From positions 40,548,001-40,612,000 of the forward strand of contig CM022665.1 of assembly GCA_012295275.1 (NCBI GenBank): a DNA stretch of 64,000 bases, written 5' to 3'. Positions 55,701 through 64,000 of the stretch are shown here, piece by piece (the first letter of the stretch is position 1; every line of letters begins with the position of its first letter). The notes below the pieces were generated by a model. It was not told the DNA's origin, did not search any database, and worked only from the letters and a program-made list of their open reading frames with translations. The stretch is from Chrysomallon squamiferum (Eukaryota; Animalia; Mollusca). Made by a program: the position numbers and the translations under genes.

Positions 55701-58700
55701 ACCAACCTACCTATCCGTATTTCCTTCATTTCTTCTATACATCCATCCACCTATCTTTAAACCGATCTCTTTCACCATCTATATCTTTGTATCCACCTTT
55801 CTATCTCTCCATTAATCCATCTATCTATCAACCAATCTTTTTCATCTATCTCTATCTTTCAGTCCATCTTTCACTCCATCTCTCCATCTTTTCATAAATC
55901 TTTCAACCAATGTCTTTCATCCCTCTCTATCTTTCTATCCATCATTCTGTCTCTCTCTCTCCTTTCATCAGTCTATGTATCAACTATCTCTTTAATGTAT
56001 CTACATCTTTATATCCATCTTTCTCTCTATCTTTCCATTCGTCCCTCTATCAAGCTCTCTTTCATCTATCTATATCGTTCTATCAGTCTTTCTCTCTATC
56101 TATTCTTCCATCTATCTAACAACCTGTCTTTAATCTATCTATATCTTTCTATCCATCTTTCTGTCTATCTCACCATCCATCCATCGATCTAGCAACCAAT
56201 CTCTTTCATATTTTTCTTTCCATCTATCATTCTATCTGTCATTAATCCATCTATCTATCAATAAATCTATTTCATCTCTCTATATCTTCCTATTCATCTT
56301 TCTGTCTACCTCCATATATCCATCTATCTACGGATTTCCTTAATCTATCTCTACCTTTGTATCCATCAGTCTGTCTCTTTCCACGTCCATCCATCATTCT
56401 GTAGCTTTCTATTCATCTTTCTCTCTATCTCTCCATTCATCCATCTGTCAATCAATCAATCTCTGTCTTCCATCTCTATCTTTCTATCCATTATTCTGTC
56501 TATGTTTCCATTAATCCATCTGTCTATATCTTTCTATCCATCTGTCTATCTCTCCACTAATCCATCTATCAACCAATGTCTTTCTTCTATTTATATCTTT
56601 CTATCCATCTTTCTGTCTATCTTTATATCAACTATCACTTTCATCTATCAATATCTTTCTATCCATCTTTCTCTCTATGTTTCCATTCATCCACCTATCT
56701 ATCAAGTTCTCTCTTTCGTCTATCTATATCGTTCTATCCGTCTTTCTCTCTATTTCTCTATACTTCCATCTACCTATCAACTTATCTTTCTTCTATCTAT
56801 ATCTTTCTATCCATCTTTCAATCTATTTCTCCACTCTTCCAACTATCTATCAGTTAATCCCTTTCATCTATCTCTATATTTATATCTATCTTTCTCTCTC
56901 TCTCTCCATTCATCCATCTATCAACCAATCTCTTTATTCTATCTATATAATTCTATACATCATTCTATCTCTATATCTATCCATCTATCTATCTTCCAAT
57001 CACTTTCATCTGTCTATATTTTTCTTTCCATCTGTCTCTCTATCTCTCATTCAACCATCTATCTAACAACCAATCTCTTTCATTTATCTACATCTCTCTA
57101 TCCATCTTTCTGTCTACGTCTCCATTTATCCATCTATCTATCTACCAATCTCTTTTTTCTATATATATATTTCTATCCATCTTTCTTTCTCTCTCTCCAG
57201 TCATCCATCTGTCTGTCAACCTATCTCTTTAGTCTACCTATTTCTATCTTTCCACCATTCTGTCTCTCCATTCATCCATCTATCAACCGATTTCTTTCAT
57301 CTATCTATATCTTTCTATCCATCTTTCTGTCTATCTCTCCATTCTTCCATCTATCTATCAATTAATTTCTTTTATGTACCTCTATCTTTCTATCCATCTT
57401 TCTCTCTATCTTTCCATTCATCCATCTATCTATCAAGCTCTCTCTCTTTCATCTATGTCCTTCTACCAATCTTTCTCTCTATCTATCTATTCTTACATCT
57501 ATATAACAACCTATCTTTCATCTATCTATATCTTTCTATCCATTTTTCTGTCTATCTCTCCATTCTTCCATCTATCAATTAATCTCTTTTACGCATCTCT
57601 CTATCTATCCATCTTTCTGTCTATCTCACCATTTACCCATCTATCTATCAACCAATATCTTTCATCTATCTATATTTTTCTTTCCACCTTTCTTTCTATC
57701 TGTCATTAATCCATCAATCTATCAAACAATCTATTTCATCTATCTATATCTTCCTATCCATCTTTCTGTCTACCTCCATACATCCATGTATCTACGGATT
57801 TCCTTAATCTATCTCTACCTTTGTATCCATCAGTCTGTAGCTTTCCACGTCCATTCATCATTCTGTAGCTTTCTATTCATCTTTCTCTCTCTCTCTCCAT
57901 TCATCCATCTGTCAATCAACCAATCTCTGTCTTCTATCTATATCTTTCTATCAGTCTTTCTGTCTATCTCTCCAGTAATCCATCTATCAACCAATCACTT
58001 TCTTCTAGCTATATCTTTCTATCCATCTTTCTGTCTATCTTTCCATTCAGCCATCTATCTGTCAACCGTCTTTCACCTATCTGTATCTTTCTTTCCATCT
58101 TTCTTTCTATTTCACCATTCATCAATATATCTATCAACTAATATCTTCCATCTATCTTAATCTTTCTATCCACCATTCTGTCTCTCTCCATTCATCCATA
58201 TATCTATCGATTTCCTTCATCTATCTCTGTCTTTCTATCCATCATTCTGTCTCACTCTACGTTCATCCATCAATCTATAGATTCCTATACTTCTTTCTCT
58301 CTACCTTTCCATTCATCCATATATCTATCAGCCTACCTCTTTATTGTATCTATATCTTTCTATTCATCTTTCTATCTCTCCACTCATCCATCTATCTATA
58401 TCTTTCTATCCCTCTTTCTATCTGTCTCTCCATTCATTTCTCCATCTATCGATTATCTGTTTCATCTATCTCTATCTTTCTATCCAACTATCTCTCCACC
58501 TCTCCCTCCATTCCCTGTATATCAACCAACCTCTTTCATCTAACTATCTTTCTATCCATTTTCTGTCTCTCCATTCATCCAGTCAATTTATCTATCAACC
58601 TCTTTCTATCTTCTATCTATATCTTTCTATCCATCTTTTGTCTATCTCTCCATTCATCCATCTATCTATCATCCAATCTCTTTCATCATCTCTATATTTC

Positions 58701-61700
58701 TATCCATCTTTCTGTCTCTATCTCCATTCATCCATCCATCTATCATCCAATCTCTTTCATCTTTATATTTTTCTTTTCCATCTTCTTCTCTATCTCTCAT
58801 TAATCCATCTATCTATCAATTTCTTTCATCTATTTCTATCTTTCTATCCATCTTTCTGTCTCTCTCTCCATTCTTTCCATCTATCTATCTTTCTTTCCAT
58901 CTTTCTATGTTTCTATCCATCTCTATCTGTCTATCTCTCCATTTTTCCATCTATCTATCAACCAATCTCTTTCATCCATCTAAATTATTCTTTCCATCCT
59001 TTCTCTGTATCTCTCATTCGTCCATCTATCTATCAACTAATCTCTTTCATCTATCTGTATCTTTCTTTCGATCTTTATCTCTATCTCTCATTCATCCATC
59101 TATCTATCAGCCTCTCTTTCTTCTATCTATATCTTTCTTTCTATGTTTCTATCTCTCCATTCATCCATCTATCTATCAACAAATCTCTTTCATCTATCTC
59201 TATCTTTCTGTCCGTCTTTCTGTCTATCTCTCCATCCATCCCTCTATCTATCAACTTTCTCTTTCTTCTATCTATATATTTCTATCTATCTATCTCGACA
59301 TTAATCCATCTGTCAACAAATCTCTTTCATCTATCTATATTTTTCTATCAATCTTTCTGTCTATCTCTCTATTCATCCATCTATCTATCATCCAATCTCT
59401 TTCATCCATATCTATCTTTCTATCCATCTTTCTGGATATCTCTCCATTCGTCCATCTATCAACCGATCTCTCTTATCCATTTTTATCTTTCTATTCTCTT
59501 TCTATCTATATCACCATTCAGCCATATATCTATCAGCTATCTCTTTCATCTATCTGTATCTTTTTTCCATCTTTCTTTCTATCTCTCCATTCATCCATCT
59601 ATCAATTAATCTCTTTCTTCTAGCTATATCTTTCTTTCATCATTCTGTCTATCTATTCCATCTATCCATCTATCAACTTCTCTTTCATCCATTTCTATCT
59701 TTCTAGCCATCTTTCTGTCTATCTTTCCATCCATACATCTATCTATCATCCAATCTCTTTCATCCATCTCTATCTTTCTATCCATCTTTCTGTCTCTGTC
59801 TCCATTCATCCGTCTCTCTCTCCATTCATCCGTCTATCCACCAACCTCTCTCTTTCATCTATCTATATCTTTCTATCCATCTCTCTGTCTGTCTGTCCAT
59901 TCATCCCTCTATCTATCAACTATCTCTTTCATCCATTTCTATCTTTCTATCCATCTTACTGTCTATCTCTCCATTCATCCATCTATCTATCATCCAATCT
60001 CTTTCATCCATCTCTATCTTTCTATCCATCTTTCTGTCTATCTCTCCATTCGTCCATCTATCTATCAACTATCTCTTTCATCTATCTGTATCTTTCTTTC
60101 CATCTTTCTTTCTATCTCTCCATTCATCCATGTGTCTATCAACCAATGTCTTCCATCTATCTTTATCTTTCGATCCATCTTTCTGTCAATCTCTATACAT
60201 CTGTAGCTTTCTATACATCTTTCTTTCTATCTCTCCATTCATCCATCTATCTATCGGCCTATCTGTTTCTTGTATCAATGTCTTTCTATCCGTCGTTCTA
60301 TCTCTCCATTCGTCTATCTTTCTATCAACCAATCTCTTTAAAATATCTGTACTTTTCTTTACATCTGTCTCTCTATCTCTCATTCATCGATCTATTTATC
60401 AACCAAACTCTTTCATCTATCTATATATTTCTTTTCATCTTTCTCTCTATCTCTACATTCATTCATGTATCTATCACCCATCTCTTTCATCCATCTATAT
60501 CTTTCTATCAATCTTTCTGTCTATCTCTCCGTTCTTCCATCTATCTATCAAGTAATTTCTTTCTATCCGTCTTTCTCTCTGTCTCTCCATTCATCTATCT
60601 TTCTACCCAATGTCTTTCGTCCATCTCTATCTTTCTATCCATCTCTCCATTTATCTATCTATCTATCAACCGATCTATCTTATCTATCTCTATCTTTCTA
60701 TCCCTATTTTGGTCTATATCTTCATTCAGCTATCTATCTATCAACTATCTCTTTCATCTATCTGTATCTTTCTATCCATCTTTCTCTCTATCTTTCCATT
60801 CATCCATCTATCTATCAAGCTGTTTCTTTCATCTATCTATATCGTTCTATCCATCTTTCTGTCTTTCTATTCTTTCATCTATTTATCAACCTATCTTTCA
60901 CCTATCTCTATCTTTCTATCAATCTTTCTGTCTATCTTTCCATTCTTCCATCTATCTATCAAGTAATCTCTTTCATCTATTTCTGTCTTTCTATCCATCT
61001 TTCTTTCTGTCTCTCCATCCATCCATCTATCACCCAATCTCTTTCATCTATCTGTATCTTTCTATCCCTTTCTGTCTATCTCTCCATTCAGCTATCTGTC
61101 TATCAGCTATCTCTTTCATCTGTTTGTATCTTTCTTTCCATCTTTCTTTCTATCTCTGTATTCATCCGTCTGTCTGTCAACCAATGTCTTTCAACTATCT
61201 ATAACTTTCTATCCATGTTTCTATCTCTCCATTCATCCATCTATCTATCAATTAATCTTTCATCTAGCTCTATCTTTCTATCCATCTTTCTGTATATCTC
61301 TCATTCATCCATCTATCTATTAACCAATCTGTTTTGTCTATTTACATCTTTTTCCATCTTTCTGTCTATCTCTCCATTCATCCATCTATCTATCAACAAA
61401 ATCTCTTTCATTTATCTATGTCTTTCTTTCCATATTTCTATCTCTCCATTCATCCATCTATCTATCAACCTATCTCTTTCATCTATATTTTTTCCTTCTT
61501 TCTCTCAATCTCTCATTCATCCATCTATCTGTCAACCAATCTCTTTCATTTATCTATGTCTTTCTTTCCATCTTTCTATCTCTCCATTCATCCATCTATC
61601 TATCAACCTATCGCTTTCATCTATCTGTATTTTTATATCTATCTTTCTGTGTGTACATTCTTCCATCTATTAACTGATCTCTTTCATCTATCTGTTTCTT

Positions 61701-62290
61701 TCTATCCATCTCTCTATCTATCTCTCCATTCATCCATCTATCATTCAATCTCTTTCTTCTGTCTGGATCTTTCTATTCATCTTTCTCTATATCTCTCCTT
61801 CCATCCGTCTATCTAGTTTACTATCTACTTATCTGTCTATGTCGACATATCTATCTAACCATCTATCTATCCCCCTCTCTTTGTCTGCTTATGTAAACAT
61901 CTGTTCATCCGTCCATTCATCTAGTTTTCAGTTTGCATCTCCTTATATGTATCTATCTATCGTACCTGTCCATCTGTTTACCTGTGTTTCATCCAATCAT
62001 CAGTACATCCATCAAACCATCCATCTGTCCACCTACCTATCTATCTACCTACTAATATAACTGTCTGTCTGTTTATCTATCTCTGTTTATCTATCTATCT
62101 GTCTATCTCTATCATCTGTCATCTAACTATATGTCATCTGTCTCCAGCTGTCTATATCGATCTATCTGTGTCACCCATTCATTCTATATCTTTTCATCCA
62201 AATGCCTTTACATTTATCCATCAATCCACCCATCTATCTGTCTATCTGTCCATCCAGCTTTCTCTCTATCTGTCTTTCCAGTTCACTCTC
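52790..62290. repeat. 9.5-kb complex satellite built from degenerate TCTA/TCCA tetramers, ~74-75-bp unit
   Basis: Approximate unit atctttctatccatctttctgtctatctctccattcatccatctatctatcaaccaatctctttcatctatctat, with starts at 59867, 59941 and 60016. A near-exact 75-bp repeat is seen at 53347/53422. Confidence 0.95.
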
Positions 62291-62890
62291 TTTATTTATT
62301 TATTTTTTATTATTATTTTTATTTGTTTTATTTTTTTATTATAGTAATTGTTATAACAGATATTGTAGTTATAGTAGTAATAGCAGTGGTATTAAAAGTA
62401 TCAGTAATAGTAGTTGTAGTAGAAGTAGTAAAAATAGCAGTTGTAAAGAAGTAGTAGTAGCTGTAATAGATGTAATAGTAATAACAGAAGTAGAAATGAG
62501 TATGATTTATTATTGGTATCTCTTTATGTGTTGTATGCTTTGATTAAAATATTTAAATTTATTTTTGATATTACATGTTAGGATTTATCATTCCTCACCG
62601 CTTAGCAATTATTATTGTTCTTTAATGTACCTTAAATGCAGCGACAAGGAGTCACCTGGTGAGTGATGACACCCCCACCTCAGAGTGGCTAATACGGGAA
62701 ACTCGTACTTGAAAATGAGCTACCGGGGGACTGTTCACCTTTGGTACATTAAACTGTCGCTTGTTGATGTTATATTTTGAATAATATTAAATAATTCAGC
62801 TGAAACAACCTCAGATCGATAATATAAAAATACATACATATACAAACGCACATACACATACACACAGACACACACACGCGTATATAATAC

Positions 62891-62892
<2 letters not shown>

Positions 62893-62972
<80 letters not shown>
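62893..62972. repeat. (GA)n microsatellite
   Basis: Perfect run of about 40 units. Confidence 0.95.
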
Positions 62973-62976
<4 letters not shown>

Positions 62977-63050
62977 ATTTATTGTTAATATGTTATGTTC
63001 GTAAAGTTAAAGAGTTTAGAAAATTAGATATTTTATGGAATATATATATT

Positions 63051-63054
63051 TGTG

Positions 63055-63114
<60 letters not shown>
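63051..63114. repeat. (GT)n microsatellite
   Basis: Near-perfect run. Confidence 0.95.
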
Positions 63115-63116
<2 letters not shown>

Positions 63117-63577
63117 CTTACCAATGTTATCTATTGCCTTTTAATAACAAATTTAACATGAAAATATTTTTAATTCTACTGGTTTATAAGTCGTAACGCG
63201 TACACCAAGTTTTAAATTGAGAATGAATTAATACGTCAACATTTGTATTTTAAAAAATTTATTAACATCATATGCATCCCATTATTTAGTTCAAGGATAT
63301 TTTTTTTTTTTTTTTTTTCTTTTTTTCTTTGTAGATTCCCTCACCATTAAATATAAATTTAAAAGAATACCTTTATTTTTATTTAAAAAAATAAATAAAT
63401 AAACAAAAATAAAAAGAATCTCGATCTTTGTATGAAACGAATAGTGTAAGTTATCATCTGTATTAACCCAGTTTTACAGATAAATTAACAGTAGTATTTA
63501 GCATATATGATACAAGCTCTTTACTAGCGTACTTAAACGACTGGATCAAGTTTATTTTATTTTATTTTATTTTATTT

Positions 63578-63621
<44 letters not shown>

Positions 63622-63724
63622 TCATTTTACTTATTTATTTATTTATCATTCTCATCATCACCATCACCACCACTACTACTACCATCATTATCATCATCAC
63701 CATCATCATCATCATCATCATAAC

Positions 63725-63779
<55 letters not shown>

Positions 63780-64000
63780 TCAACAACAGCTTAGTACAGT
63801 TAATTAGTCCTACAACCGTAATAAACGATTTTAAGGTTTACACACAAATCTGACAATAAATCAATTCCTGATATTTCACGAGATGTTTGTCTGGACTGTC
63901 AGCAAGTCACCTTTTATGTTTTTCTTTAAGTGTGAAAAAATGAAGCACGTTTCTTTATACACAGTTACATGCTCACTCTATTCTACGCTCATTCTGTTGT

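Noticed and set aside
52756-62060. Many long ORFs (up to 623 aa) rich in S/I/Y/L/H/F/P
   Set aside because: They lie entirely in the G-poor satellite and are open in all three + frames at once because stop codons are rare there; not credible proteins.
62641-62805. gtgatga ... ctga as a possible C/D snoRNA, with gcgaca/tgtcgc inverted ends
   Set aside because: No terminal stem adjoins the boxes and the spacing is unconvincing; more likely a repeat fragment.

Overview
AT-rich, intron-containing animal genomic DNA (invertebrate; mollusc-like is only a guess) in three zones. (1) ~1-21 kb is a dense stack of decayed mobile elements, all coding on the + strand: Gypsy pol, an I-clade LINE, two Tx1/L1 LINEs, MULE pieces, a KRBA2/Ginger-like integrase element and a Tc1. 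It also holds two diverged, homologous parvovirus/densovirus-like NS1 (HUH endonuclease + SF3 helicase) endogenous viral elements. Minus-strand promoter and splice signals lie just upstream (24-27 kb), so this zone is a candidate uni-strand piRNA cluster. (2) ~29.9-50.9 kb is a compact block of host genes: RBKS (8 exons, -), MRPL49 (4 exons, +), ABRA/Costars-like (+), COX16 (4 exons, -), and TAMM41 plus SDHAF1 (-), which appear to share one transcription unit. (3) ~52.8-62.3 kb is a 9.5-kb G-poor (TCTA/TCCA)-derived satellite with a ~75-bp unit; its long ORFs are artefacts. All calls come from manual translation and motif recognition; no database searches were run.
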